From Nemertoderma westbladi (lineage: Eukaryota > Animalia > Xenacoelomorpha), in NCBI GenBank assembly GCA_032718475.1, contig JAUCBJ010001447.1, forward strand, positions 118,922 to 182,921: a stretch of DNA of 64,000 nucleotides. The letters run 5' to 3'. Shown here piece after piece: positions 24,639 to 35,478 of this stretch (position 1 is its first letter; each line of letters opens with the position of its first letter). Made by a program: the position numbers and the translations under genes. The notes under the pieces were generated by a model. It worked only from the letters and a program-made list of their open reading frames with translations, was not told the DNA's origin and made no database searches.

Positions 24639-26555
24639 TAATTGAAGAGATACGCCTATTCCTACTATCGGAAGAGACGGTAACAATACCTGCAATATCC
24701 TACTGTAAAGTTTGTAAATCAAATCATAAATCCGACCTCCTCACCAAAACAGTAAACCCTAAGTAAGCGAATATATTGCAGTATCGATCTCTTATAACCG
24801 GTGAGGCAGAAAACAGTCTACGAGCAGACAAACTTCGGTAAAACAAATCCCGCGCAGCGAATCCTAAAATCAGGCTGACTCACTGACGGACTAAGGGGCT
24901 CGTATACTTTGCCGCGGTGTGATTTATATGGTTGGGCAAAGGGACGCTAGCTAGGTATAGAGCAGATTTGGAGATGTCTAACTAGCGGGCAAAGCACAGT
25001 ACGGACAAAGTTAATTTTATATATTTCGAGGTGTAAATAATTTCTAACGCGCGTGTGTTAATTCTGAACGGTCAAAACAGTTTTGCTCCTTCACATATAT
25101 AATTACTGGGTACGGTGTGCATTTTACGAATATTCTAATTTTGTAACTTGTAGGTCCAATACTCACGAATGGTAAGGTTCCTTCCCCTCTTGCGTATTTC
25201 CAGGACTCAAATTCAGGCATAAGGTTAATACTACGCCCAGAATTCGGCAATTTTAGGTACCAGGTCCCTGATACTAAGAAGAGATGTGTTAGTTTACTAC
25301 TGTAGGCGTACAGGTACTAATAGCTATCCTGGCTCCTATCTAGAATTTTAGTCACCCAGGTAGTCCGGGTAACTTCCTATTAGGGCGTTGGCGGGGACAC
25401 GGTAGATGTTAGTATATCCCTGATAGCCTCAATTTATTTGCGCCTAGCGTAAACTGCCCTACCGCCTGAACGGTACAATCCCAATTCAGGTGAAAACACA
25501 GCAACCCCCCTAGCCTACAAGTTCTGATGTAATGGACACTGTCGTACTGCAAATAGTCGCACACACACCTGTACTTAGCAAGAGTTAAGCGTACAGTTTG
25601 CTGCACCCTAACCAATGTGTATGCCTTGTACCGGTGTGCCTACGTCCTATCTGCGTACTAGTATCTGCTCTCTCTCCCTCCCCCCCCCGTAGGAATGTGA
25701 AGGTCTACTGTGGGTTTTCCTGAATCAAGACAGTACAGTCCCTATGATGTAATTTTAGGCTTGCAGCGTGTCACTACGTCTACCTTTTGATCTTTTGGTC
25801 TTATACTTAGGTAGCAAGGATCGAACGCTGTCTAACCTTTCAGGCGATGGGCGAATAACTTTAAATGGTATTGCGGGTTGTCTCTCGTCTACATTCCCGT
25901 GATGTTCCCGTTCATTGCTGCGGCCCGATCTCTAGCCGGCCATCCTGTCCCTGAGTTTGTTCACCGTAGTGAATTCATAGTAAAACAGAAAAGCTGAGAG
26001 AATATTCTGACTTTATTACAGAAGACACAATTATAATACAATGTAATCTGAGAATAAACTAAGCACGACAGAATATTGATAAGATAATCTGTGAAAGATT
26101 GAGATATAAGATGTGATAACTAATGAACAAATCGCACCTTTATATACTAAATTTGTGCCGCAATCAATCGAGAAAATTCTCGATTGTTCTATAGGTTCTA
26201 ACAGGGTTTTAAAGATAGCTATTGGTCCAGCTAATATATAACTTGCACGACATTGGTTACAATCAAATAACTACAGCCTTATTGGTACAGACAAATGCAA
26301 TTAATTTGTAGCGGTTAATTTAAATGAGTTGAAATTCTGCACAAAAAATAATTCGCACTTACTAGGATTCGAACTCGATACCTACTACACATATAATTTC
26401 CAACGCTCTACCAACTGAGCTACTGAACCACTTGACCGATGGGTGCACAATAGATAGAACCAATGCTAATGAGAACTCAAAGCAATCTTTACAAAGTTAA
26501 TTCGAATAAAATAAAATTTTGAAAATCCACGGCATTTAGGGAATATAATTCTATA
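24639..26555 (-). repeat. 3' LTR of element C (1917 bp, TA...TA)
   Basis: Near-identical to 39290..41167 apart from an indel of about 40 bp near 25895..25935 and a few SNPs. Confidence 0.95.
26343..26430 (-). ncRNA. tRNA-derived Pol III unit in the 3' LTR of C
   Basis: A box/D-arm TAGCTCAGTTGGTAGAGC, B box GTTCGAATCC, T6 terminator; acceptor and anticodon arms do not pair. Confidence 0.6.
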
Positions 26556-27382
26556 CCGCTCCATGAAAACAGGATATTATCGTGCATAAAATATACGGTT
26601 TTCACCAATAATCAATCAAACTATAGAATACTTAGGGCGTACTTACATATTTACAATTAAATTTCAAACAATACTTCCTTTTTACGTAATGATTCGATAC
26701 AAAAATAATTACAAATTCAAACTTTACGTAGTTAAGGCTTTACTAAGTAAGTACAATATAAATCTAAATTAAATTCACCAATATAAATCTATTGCATCTC
26801 AGATATTGCATAAATTCAAACAATTACAAATACAAATAAATGAAAACAATAAGAAAGGCTCGCGAGTCTTCCATCTACTATTGCATCTCAAATATTGCAT
26901 AAATTCAAGTAATTACAAATACTTTCGTACCTAAATGTAGATTGCATAAGTTTGGAATAATTACAAATATGAGTCTTTCTGAGCACAAATTTTTCTGTCT
27001 ATAAAACTTTCTCTTTAGGTACAAATACTACTTATAAAATATAAATTGCATAATATTCGGAACAATACAAATTGCATAAGTTCGGAATAATTACAAATAT
27101 AAAATATAAATTCTTACTAAATATAAATCTTACTAAATATAAGTCTTTACTTAAATATAAATATAAACTGCATAAGTTTAGAATAATATAAACCTTTGCA
27201 TCTCAAATATGAAACATAAATCTTTCAAATATAAGTTCCTTCTAAATATAAACTTTCTAAATTTCATAAATTCGGAACAATACAAATTGCATAAGTTTTC
27301 TAAATATAAAACATATAATTCAAAATAAATCACAAATCATAAGAAAGGCCCACGAGTCTTCCGTCCACCCTTGCCCTCCCTT

Positions 27383-28897
27383 TTATCGCTTAGTTGATCG
27401 AGCCCTGCCGCGTCCTCGAAAACTGCGCACAGGTGACTTTGCTCGCGATATGGGACTAATGGGGCGAGTCACTGGTTTACTTGGGACTTTGAGAGACGGT
27501 GCAACTATTTCCTCGCAAATTCGTCTATTTGGCATCCCAAAACCTCGACCAATTCCTCGTGACCGATCAGTCGTCACTACAGTTGGTAGAACGTCTGGGA
27601 ACGCGTGAGAAGCGGACGACGCAGACCCAAGAGTAGCTTGCGCCCCCTGTTGATCAGCTGGTGTATGTCCCGATCCTCCTACCGGTTCTCTTGGAAGTGA
27701 TACCGTATCCCGAGTAACTCGAATAGTCGGCTCAACTCCCTTGCGTTCTTCTACATTAATAATTTTCTTCAATTGTTGGCCCACCTTCTGGACCCGTATG
27801 ATCCTACCCTGTCCGTCCTCCCGAGGGTGACGTGCAGACGGCGCAACCGGAGTGGCTGATATATTCGTCGCCTCTAGGACCTCCTCTTCCTCGAATACGC
27901 TCGCTCGTATACGTTTGTGGTAAAACGCGGCTCGGTACGCCCATGCGACGGTTAACCAAGCTCCCTTGTTCCGCTTTTCAGTTCGGAAACGATCGAATTC
28001 ACCATACGTAATCCGATTAACGACTTTCTGAAAATTCCACGTGTTTTTGTTATCTGGGTGAATCTGTAACAGATACTCGCGCACCACTCGGAATCCGCTG
28101 TCGTGGGGCAAAATATCAACAACCTCGATAAGTTCGTCATATTGGGGCATAGCGGAGATATATCCTTCCGACATCATCGTCTGAGGGTTTACCGCCCAAA
28201 ATCCGAGATGCGCTCTCATCGGAAACCGTCTTCTCTGTGCCGATACATGTTCGTCGGCTAAATCTTCCCACTCATCAAATAACTTTCTCACAAGTTTTAC
28301 AGATTCGTGTTCATAAGGTATATCTCTCAGTTGGCATTCAGATGCTCGATGTCCCTTTATATTGCAGTAAGTACATTGAGCCATAAATCTCCAGCAAGTA
28401 TAAAAGGTATGAGACCCTTGATCCCCACACCATCCACAGATTAGCTGAGTCGTAGTAATGTGCTTTCCACTGCACTTTGCCATATGATGTCCAGCGACGC
28501 CACATTTACTACACATCGTATTAGCAGGGTACCACACTCGTTCGTATATAAGATCTCCAATCGGTCGAGCGCTTCCTCCCATACTATAATCGTAATCATC
28601 TGGGTCTATGGGTTGGTAGGTTTCTGAAGGTTGTAGGCAAACTATAGCATCTGTTGCTTCAAGTTGCCGAATCTCCGTCTGAGATTTCTTCGGGAGGTTC
28701 CTTTCTATCTCAAGAAGTTCCTCTAAAGGATCGTCGGCGATCGTAGTAGTTACTTCGAATTCATCACCAAGGTGACCGATAGGCGCGCGCGTCTGCCGTG
28801 ATTCATCCGTAATTTCCACGATACGTTCTCCTTCATAGGGTAACAGTGTAAACATAGATGGTCTTTCGATAAGAGATCCCGCACAGTGAAGATACAC
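27383..28897 (-). CDS. Extra ORF3 of C: protein with three CCHC zinc knuckles, function unknown
   Basis: CSKCGVAGHHMAKC, CGWCGDQGSHTFYTC, CTYCNIKGHRASEC; basic RG-rich tail; start uncertain (overlaps ORF 28750..29193). Confidence 0.75.
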   Translation of the reverse strand: MYLHCAGSLIERPSMFTLLPYEGERIVEITDESRQTRAPIGHLGDEFEVTTTIADDPLEELLEIERNLPKKSQTEIRQLEATDAIVCLQPSETYQPIDPDDYDYSMGGSARPIGDLIYERVWYPANTMCSKCGVAGHHMAKCSGKHITTTQLICGWCGDQGSHTFYTCWRFMAQCTYCNIKGHRASECQLRDIPYEHESVKLVRKLFDEWEDLADEHVSAQRRRFPMRAHLGFWAVNPQTMMSEGYISAMPQYDELIEVVDILPHDSGFRVVREYLLQIHPDNKNTWNFQKVVNRITYGEFDRFRTEKRNKGAWLTVAWAYRAAFYHKRIRASVFEEEEVLEATNISATPVAPSARHPREDGQGRIIRVQKVGQQLKKIINVEERKGVEPTIRVTRDTVSLPREPVGGSGHTPADQQGAQATLGSASSASHAFPDVLPTVVTTDRSRGIGRGFGMPNRRICEEIVAPSLKVPSKPVTRPISPISRAKSPVRSFRGRGRARSTKR

Positions 28898-29193
28898 GTC
28901 TCGAAATATGCTAAATCCTGCTCGAGTAAAGGCATTGCTGTCTTTGCGAGCTTCGCTGTACTTTCTGATAATTCCTTTATACCAAATATAGTGTAGTCTT
29001 TTGCTCCAAATCGTTCGAATGAAGCTGCCGCTTCCTCTTGGATATCATATCCCCATCTCGGCTCTCCTTGTATCCCTTTCTCCATAATTAGGGGTGTAGT
29101 TACATAATCATTACTACTAGAGGGAATACAACAGAGTTTGTGGTTAGTTGTGAGGAGACGTGAGAGTTTCGTCTGCCTTTTGGGCTTCGACAA
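28750..29193 (-). CDS. Probable frameshifted N-terminal part of ORF3
   Basis: 147-aa ORF on the same strand overlapping ORF3 in another frame. Confidence 0.4.
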   Translation of the reverse strand: MSKPKRQTKLSRLLTTNHKLCCIPSSSNDYVTTPLIMEKGIQGEPRWGYDIQEEAAASFERFGAKDYTIFGIKELSESTAKLAKTAMPLLEQDLAYFETCIFTVRDLLSKDHLCLHCYPMKENVSWKLRMNHGRRARLSVTLVMNSK

Positions 29194-29745
29194 CGCTCTA
29201 ACCTCCTACCCATAGCCTAAGATCTAAGGTTTCTTTAATGACACGCTGCTTCTTATCTAAAATTTTTTGCCGAAATAAAAACGAATTTGGGCTAAACTGG
29301 CCGTGAGTCTAAAATACTCACTTTTTGATCCCAAACTATTATCAGAAAATAAGCAGTCAAGAATTAGTAATAAATATAGGGGAGTCTATTTTGTCGTAAC
29401 TTATTGAAACAAGACCGTGTAAAATTTAATTAAAATTTTAAGAAAGGCTCGCAAGTCTTCCTCTCTTGTTTCTCTAATTTTAAGTTCCACCCGACTGTAC
29501 CCTGAAATCTATTCACTGGAGAAAATTTTAAAAATTTTTCAAATCCAAATGGATTGTCTAAAATTTCGAAAATGTCTCAATATTGTGAGTTCCAAGTAGA
29601 ATTCCATTTCTTATACCTACAAATCCCGCTCCTATGTGACACATAAGGGTACTACCCTCAATGTTCACATATAAAGACAATGGAATTCTACCGCTGTCCT
29701 TACTACGGTGTACAGGTACGTGGAAATCTATTTGTAAACTCCTAA

Positions 29746-32700
29746 TTATTTACTAGTATTAGGTGGAGATTTGTAGTCTCCAGACTCGTTACGAGTCTCT
29801 TCAAGAAGTACGAGACGTTGAGTCGGTCTGTCTACTGTACGACCGTCAATTGTCCGTACCGTCACAGTTCTTGTCACTCCATCCATAGATGGATGTGTGG
29901 CTAAAATGACACCTGTTATCCAGAAGCGTCTTTTTAGATTCACTTCTGCCAACAGCACGTGATCTCCCGGCTTTAATGCGCGGGTGTTATTGTACCAGTT
30001 TGTTCTGGCAGAAATAGAGGGCAAATAATGGTTTTGCCATATTTCCCAGAATTTGGTAGCCAGTAGTTGCGTGATTTTCCACGCTTTTCTACCGTAACTG
30101 TCGCTTTCTATTGGAATAGAAATCGGCGTTAATGTCGTCGGTGCCTGCATAAGCAGGTGTGCCGGTGTTAAAGCAAACTGGGATTGTTTGTCATCGGGTA
30201 CTAATACTATTGGTCTAGTATTTAGTATTGCCTCGATTTCAACAAACAATGTTGTCAGTTGGTCGTCTGTTAATATGTGGTTTACTGGAATGACCTTTGC
30301 CATGGCTGTCTTTATAGATCTAATCAATCTCTCCCAGACTCCGCCTCTCCAAGGACTATCTGGAGGATTAAACTTCCAAACAATCTTGTGAGGTTGCAGT
30401 TCGTTCGAGATTTGATCATGATCTAATCTCTTAAAGGCTCTAGCAATCTCATTCCGAGCACCAACAAAGTTTGTCCCTTGGTCTGAGTACAAGCATTTTA
30501 CTAGTCCGCGTCTAGCGATAAATCGCCGCAGTGCTAGTATAAACGCGTTGGTGGAAAGATCCATCACACGTTCAATGTGAACTGCCCTACTGGACATACA
30601 TGTGAAAATCAGTCCCCAGCGTTTTACTAGTATACGTCCACGTTTCGTATGTATGGGACCAAAGCAATCAATACCAGTCTCTGTAAAAGGTGGTCTGAAT
30701 GCTTGAAGTCGTGCTTGTGGAAGTTCACTCATTTCTTGGGTACCTATTCTAGAATGTACCTTTTTACAAATAATACACGTACGTGTCACGGAACTTAATG
30801 CTTTACTGGGTCTAATTAATACAAATCTAGTACGTAAGTAGGAAAGACAGTGGTGTCTTCCAGCGTGTTTCAGATGTAAATGTGCGTCCAGTATCATTGC
30901 ACGTTGTAGTTCGTGATGTTGCGGTATTATTATTGGGTACCTAAAGTTTGTGTTAAAGTCAATGTTTTGAAGCCGAGATTTATGACAAATTAAGCCATTA
31001 TAAATTATCGGACTCCAACTCAGTATCGGTGACGACTTGATTGGTTGACCTTGATGTATAGATGTGAATTCGCGCGCGAAATATCGCAGTTGGTAATGGC
31101 GAATTAATTTAATCTCACACCTGTCAATCTCAGCCAATGTAAGTCGACGTGTAAAGTCACGTTTGCCTTTAACGTATTGTACGAAACGTACAATCCACGC
31201 TAATTTTCGGCAAGCGTTTGTCCAAGAGTCTGTTAAGTTTACAATACGGTCGACGTAAGTATTTGTGACGTCATCAGGTAAGTCAATGGAGAACTTGGAA
31301 GGTTTTGATTTACTAGAAGGGCCCACGGGTCCGCCGGTAAGTATTCCCTTGTTGACTGTTGATCCGTCCGGGTCTACAAGTAATTTGTCCCCCTTTGTCC
31401 TCTTACCTTGATTGTCGGTACTTTGTAAGTCGATCGTTAATGGTGGTTTGAACTCTATGGGGTCAGCAGGTTTCGGTAAACTTATTTTCCTGCCGACATT
31501 AATCCCAGGTCTCACTATAGGTTGCAAGTTCGGTATGTCTCTTGAGCGCAAAGTAACACCTGTATTTACATTAGCGTAGGTACTACCCACATCTGTAATA
31601 CATGAGGTTTCACCGTGCTTATGGTTGCTCAAGTGTGTCAAAATTGGTAGTTTGTCAATACAAGGCCGCTCCAATAGGGAAACTGCGGCTTTATTGTTAG
31701 TCAATACATTACTAGTGTCCGGTAGAACATTTTGTGATGTTTCTGACAAAATGTCTAGTCGACTGTCTAGTAATGTGTCTGGCGATACGTCTGGTAACGT
31801 ATCTGGTTGTTTGTCAATAGAAGGCCGCTCCAATAGGGAAACTGCGGCTTTACTGTTTGTCAGTGTGTTACTAGCGTCTGGTAGAATGTCTGGTTGACCG
31901 TCTAGTAACGTGTCTGGTTGACCGTCTGGCGATATGTCTGGTGTAGAAAGGCTCGCAAGTCTTCCTCTCTTGACCTTTGAAGTTATATCTTTCCATTTCG
32001 CCTTCGGTTTTTTCTTGAGTTTCGCCGCCGTTGTCCTTTTCTTTGTCTTCCCCTTTTTTGGTTTCTTGATTTCGGCGTCCTTGGGAATGGTGTTGGACTT
32101 GTTGTCGTATAACGGAGGCCAATCTTGTGTCGATTTCTGCAAGAACTGGGGTCCGTGTTGCCAAAACTCTTTGTTCTCCGGTTTACAGAATTCCTCAGGC
32201 ATCATTCCTCGCGACGCAATATCAGCTGGGTTTTGTGGTCCGGGACAATGTCGCCAATCCTCCTTTATTGAACGGTCTAGAATTTCCGCGCGACGGTTAG
32301 CTACGAATGTCTTGAATTCGAGTGTGTCGTTGTTTATGTAAAATAAAACCAACGTCGCGTCAGTCCAATAAAATATCTGTAAACTCGATTGTAGTTCTGT
32401 CTGTATGAGGTTCACGATGGTGGTTGACAGGGTCGCGGCTTGTAGCTCGGCTCGTGGTGTCGTCATATACTTAGTAGGCATGGTCTTAGCCTTAGAAGTA
32501 ATGAGCGAAACATCGAACTCGTCCGATTCTACTTGTCTGCGCAAATACGCTGCCACACCAAAACCGTTGTCACTGGCGTCAGAAAAACAGTGTAGTTCCA
32601 AGATGTCAGGAAATGTACTTTGCAATGGAAAGTAAACCCTGGGTATGAAATAATCCTCTAGCGAAGATAATTCCGCCTCCCAGGTCTTCCATAAGTCCAC

Positions 32701-35478
32701 TTGGTCTGATGAGATCGGCTCGTCCCATGTTAGTCCATCTTTCCATATACTGCGCATATAAATGCGGGCTTGCAGTATCACTGGACTGATGAATCCTAAC
32801 GGATCGAACAATCGGCTCAATTTTGACAAGCATGATCTCTTGGTCAGCGTGTTCCCTTGACTGTCCAGTCTCACCTTCACTCGAAAGTTGTCTGTGTTTG
32901 GGTCCCAAAAGAGTCCCAACACCTTAGTCGTCGGTAGTGGTTCGAACTCTAGGTCTATGTCACCACCTCCACGCTCAGTAGTTCCGAATGAGTCAACTAA
33001 TTCGGCACTGTTTGAGGCGAATTTGGTGAGGTTAAAACCTCCGCCCGCCAAGCAGTCCCGTAATTGATGTGCTACTGTTGTAGCACGTTCTACTGTGTCG
33101 CAACTCTGTAAACCGTCGTCGACGTAAAAGTCACGTTCTACAATTCTAATTATCTCTGGGTCATATAGATGTTTCTGATCTCTAGCGGCTTGCTTCAAGG
33201 CGTACATCGTACAATTTGGGCTGTCTCTGGCACCGAAAACGCGAACTTGCATTTGGTAAGTCGCTGGTGGTAGACTCAAGTCTCCTTCCGGATACCAGAG
33301 GAACCGCAAACTGTCTCTGTCTCGCTCTAACGCTTTTACTTGGTGAAACATCGCTTCAACGTCGCAAGTAAAGGCTACTTGGCGCTGACGGAAGCGCATA
33401 ATCACCCCCATAAGATAATTATTCATGTTCGGTCCATCCATCAACTCACTATTGAGGGACATTCCCTCAAACAGAGCCGCACAGTCATTGACTACGCGTA
33501 CTTTATCTGGTTTGTCGGGATGTCTCACATAGTGATGTGGCAGGTAGTATGTCTGGTCGGTCACTCGCTCCGGGTTAGTCATTCGGATAGCGTATCCTTC
33601 AGTCAAATACGTCTCCATCTGAGTGTTGTACTGCAGATGGGCTTTCTCGTCCTTTAATAGACGTTGTCGTATTGAGTGTAGACGTCTCAAAGCCAGTGGG
33701 TAGTTATTTATAAGTTTAGGACTTTGGTTACGCCATAACATCCCCACCTCGTAATGTCCGTCTTTCGTCTGGTGGATAGTATCTTCCATGATCTTCAGAG
33801 ATTGTTTCTCCTGTTCCGACATACAAGGTTCGTAGCTACCAGGTTCAGCTGTATCTTGTTCTAACCACCTGATAGTCTTCTCCGTTAATTCTTTGTCCAA
33901 GGCGGCTTGTTCCAACTGATGAATTTTCAACGCGTCATCATCGATATCGACGGGCACTGTTGAGGTTATTGGGGTAGGTAGACTCGCAAGCCTATCATCT
34001 GTCGTCGATGGAATCTCTAGCTGACTCGTCTTCTCCCCAAGTTCTAAACTCACCTTGTGGGTTAGCTGCTCCTTGTGACTTATCATACTAGTTACACGTC
34101 TGTCATGTTTTGTCGACTGTAGCGTAGTATGGTTCACGTCGTGTGAAAAGGAATGAATTGAGTTTGTAGTTAATAAACTGCATGTACTCTGTACATCGTC
34201 TTCCTCGTCACTTACGTCTAGTGTGCGCACAGGCGCTCGAGTATACCACCCTATCGGCGTTCTGCAGGCGTATGCGTTTCCTGCTACAACTGCCGATGGT
34301 CTGGTTTCCCACACCTGATATAGGTTGAATTGGTCCGTCCCGATCAGCATTGCTACCGATCTATAATTGACAGGACATTCGGGTACACCAAGGTGTCTGA
34401 AATACTTACGGTCCTCCAGAGATTGTTCCGGCACTGGACCTAGTAGGTTACTAAAGTCCTTCGTGGCCGCAAAGGTTAGATCTCTAAAGGGCAACAAAGA
34501 CCTCTCCCTCTCGCTGTGTTGCGATTTTGGAAGAAGAGAGTCTAAGTCCAACTTAACTCGTGTCACTGGTATTGCACGCTGGCCGTGCATACTACTTACT
34601 GTATAACTGACGTGTTTACCTTGTCTGAGATCCGTTACGACGTCAGCTATCTTTTCATCCACGTAACTGTGAGATGAGGCTGAGTCTAGAATCGCGTAAA
34701 TCCTCTTACTCCCCTTTGTGCCAGTGATCTTAATCGGGATTACACTGAATCCCTTCAGTTGGTCAGTGGTTAGAAGCGCGATCGACGGTTGTTCGTCTCC
34801 ATTGGAATATACATCGTCGTCTTCTGATTCTTCGTCCGACGATCCGGATTGTTCTGAGAAGCAATCCTCAATATGGGTCACGAAGGTTGGAGTTGTTTTC
34901 GATTCTCGTTTTCGGTAAGCCGCATCACATCTCGCTGCTGCTTCCGGGTGTTCCCTGGCGAAGCGTTTCGTCGGCGTGTGGCTGTCTGTGTGGAGCAGAC
35001 CGTCGTGGTTGCGTCCACAGGATGGACAAGTGTCGGTATTTGGGCAATCCTTACGGACGTGTCCGTGTCGCGTACACCGCCAACAAGAGTCCAGTGGCCG
35101 TATCTGCAGCCGTCGTTCTTCCGAGTTCAACTCGCGAAATTGTCGACAACCTCGTAACTTGTGACCAATATACCGCTTACCTAGATGTTCGCAGTATTGG
35201 CAGCCGTTGAAGTCTGTGCTGAGTTGCTGTCTCGTCTGTTTCGTCCCAATGGGCGCAGATACTCTATTACCGTCTGAGAATTGTCGTGATTCCGTCGGTG
35301 TGGCGTAAGTGGCCGTCTTTGTGGATGTTGTCTGGGGTTTTTGTCGGTTGGAGGATGGCAGTGTGATCCCTTCTGCCACGATGTGCTGGTCGGTATAGTT
35401 AGATCGAGTTTCTACTACCGCCTCCCTGGATATTAAAAGGTACACATCTTCTAATTTTAAGAATCCTCCCCGCTCCTC
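29746..35478 (-). CDS. pol: Element C gag C-terminus plus pol (zinc knuckles, PR, RT, RNase H, IN)
   Basis: CWRCTRHGHVRKDC, AILDSASSHSY, FYVDDGL, FSDASD/PRAELQAA/WTDATLV, HLHLKH..CIIC, IDCFGP/SDQGTNF/WERLIRS all intact. Confidence 0.95.
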   Translation of the reverse strand, partial: EERGGFLKLEDVYLLISREAVVETRSNYTDQHIVAEGITLPSSNRQKPQTTSTKTATYATPTESRQFSDGNRVSAPIGTKQTRQQLSTDFNGCQYCEHLGKRYIGHKLRGCRQFRELNSEERRLQIRPLDSCWRCTRHGHVRKDCPNTDTCPSCGRNHDGLLHTDSHTPTKRFAREHPEAAARCDAAYRKRESKTTPTFVTHIEDCFSEQSGSSDEESEDDDVYSNGDEQPSIALLTTDQLKGFSVIPIKITGTKGSKRIYAILDSASSHSYVDEKIADVVTDLRQGKHVSYTVSSMHGQRAIPVTRVKLDLDSLLPKSQHSERERSLLPFRDLTFAATKDFSNLLGPVPEQSLEDRKYFRHLGVPECPVNYRSVAMLIGTDQFNLYQVWETRPSAVVAGNAYACRTPIGWYTRAPVRTLDVSDEEDDVQSTCSLLTTNSIHSFSHDVNHTTLQSTKHDRRVTSMISHKEQLTHKVSLELGEKTSQLEIPSTTDDRLASLPTPITSTVPVDIDDDALKIHQLEQAALDKELTEKTIRWLEQDTAEPGSYEPCMSEQEKQSLKIMEDTIHQTKDGHYEVGMLWRNQSPKLINNYPLALRRLHSIRQRLLKDEKAHLQYNTQMETYLTEGYAIRMTNPERVTDQTYYLPHHYVRHPDKPDKVRVVNDCAALFEGMSLNSELMDGPNMNNYLMGVIMRFRQRQVAFTCDVEAMFHQVKALERDRDSLRFLWYPEGDLSLPPATYQMQVRVFGARDSPNCTMYALKQAARDQKHLYDPEIIRIVERDFYVDDGLQSCDTVERATTVAHQLRDCLAGGGFNLTKFASNSAELVDSFGTTERGGGDIDLEFEPLPTTKVLGLFWDPNTDNFRVKVRLDSQGNTLTKRSCLSKLSRLFDPLGFISPVILQARIYMRSIWKDGLTWDEPISSDQVDLWKTWEAELSSLEDYFIPRVYFPLQSTFPDILELHCFSDASDNGFGVAAYLRRQVESDEFDVSLITSKAKTMPTKYMTTPRAELQAATLSTTIVNLIQTELQSSLQIFYWTDATLVLFYINNDTLEFKTFVANRRAEILDRSIKEDWRHCPGPQNPADIASRGMMPEEFCKPENKEFWQHGPQFLQKSTQDWPPLYDNKSNTIPKDAEIKKPKKGKTKKRTTAAKLKKKPKAKWKDITSKVKRGRLASLSTPDISPDGQPDTLLDGQPDILPDASNTLTNSKAAVSLLERPSIDKQPDTLPDVSPDTLLDSRLDILSETSQNVLPDTSNVLTNNKAAVSLLERPCIDKLPILTHLSNHKHGETSCITDVGSTYANVNTGVTLRSRDIPNLQPIVRPGINVGRKISLPKPADPIEFKPPLTIDLQSTDNQGKRTKGDKLLVDPDGSTVNKGILTGGPVGPSSKSKPSKFSIDLPDDVTNTYVDRIVNLTDSWTNACRKLAWIVRFVQYVKGKRDFTRRLTLAEIDRCEIKLIRHYQLRYFAREFTSIHQGQPIKSSPILSWSPIIYNGLICHKSRLQNIDFNTNFRYPIIIPQHHELQRAMILDAHLHLKHAGRHHCLSYLRTRFVLIRPSKALSSVTRTCIICKKVHSRIGTQEMSELPQARLQAFRPPFTETGIDCFGPIHTKRGRILVKRWGLIFTCMSSRAVHIERVMDLSTNAFILALRRFIARRGLVKCLYSDQGTNFVGARNEIARAFKRLDHDQISNELQPHKIVWKFNPPDSPWRGGVWERLIRSIKTAMAKVIPVNHILTDDQLTTLFVEIEAILNTRPIVLVPDDKQSQFALTPAHLLMQAPTTLTPISIPIESDSYGRKAWKITQLLATKFWEIWQNHYLPSISARTNWYNNTRALKPGDHVLLAEVNLKRRFWITGVILATHPSMDGVTRTVTVRTIDGRTVDRPTQRLVLLEETRNESGDYKSPPNTSK

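Noticed and set aside
26343-26430. Functional tRNA gene or element-encoded tRNA primer
   Set aside because: No acceptor or anticodon stem, no CCA end, and no complementarity to the PBS
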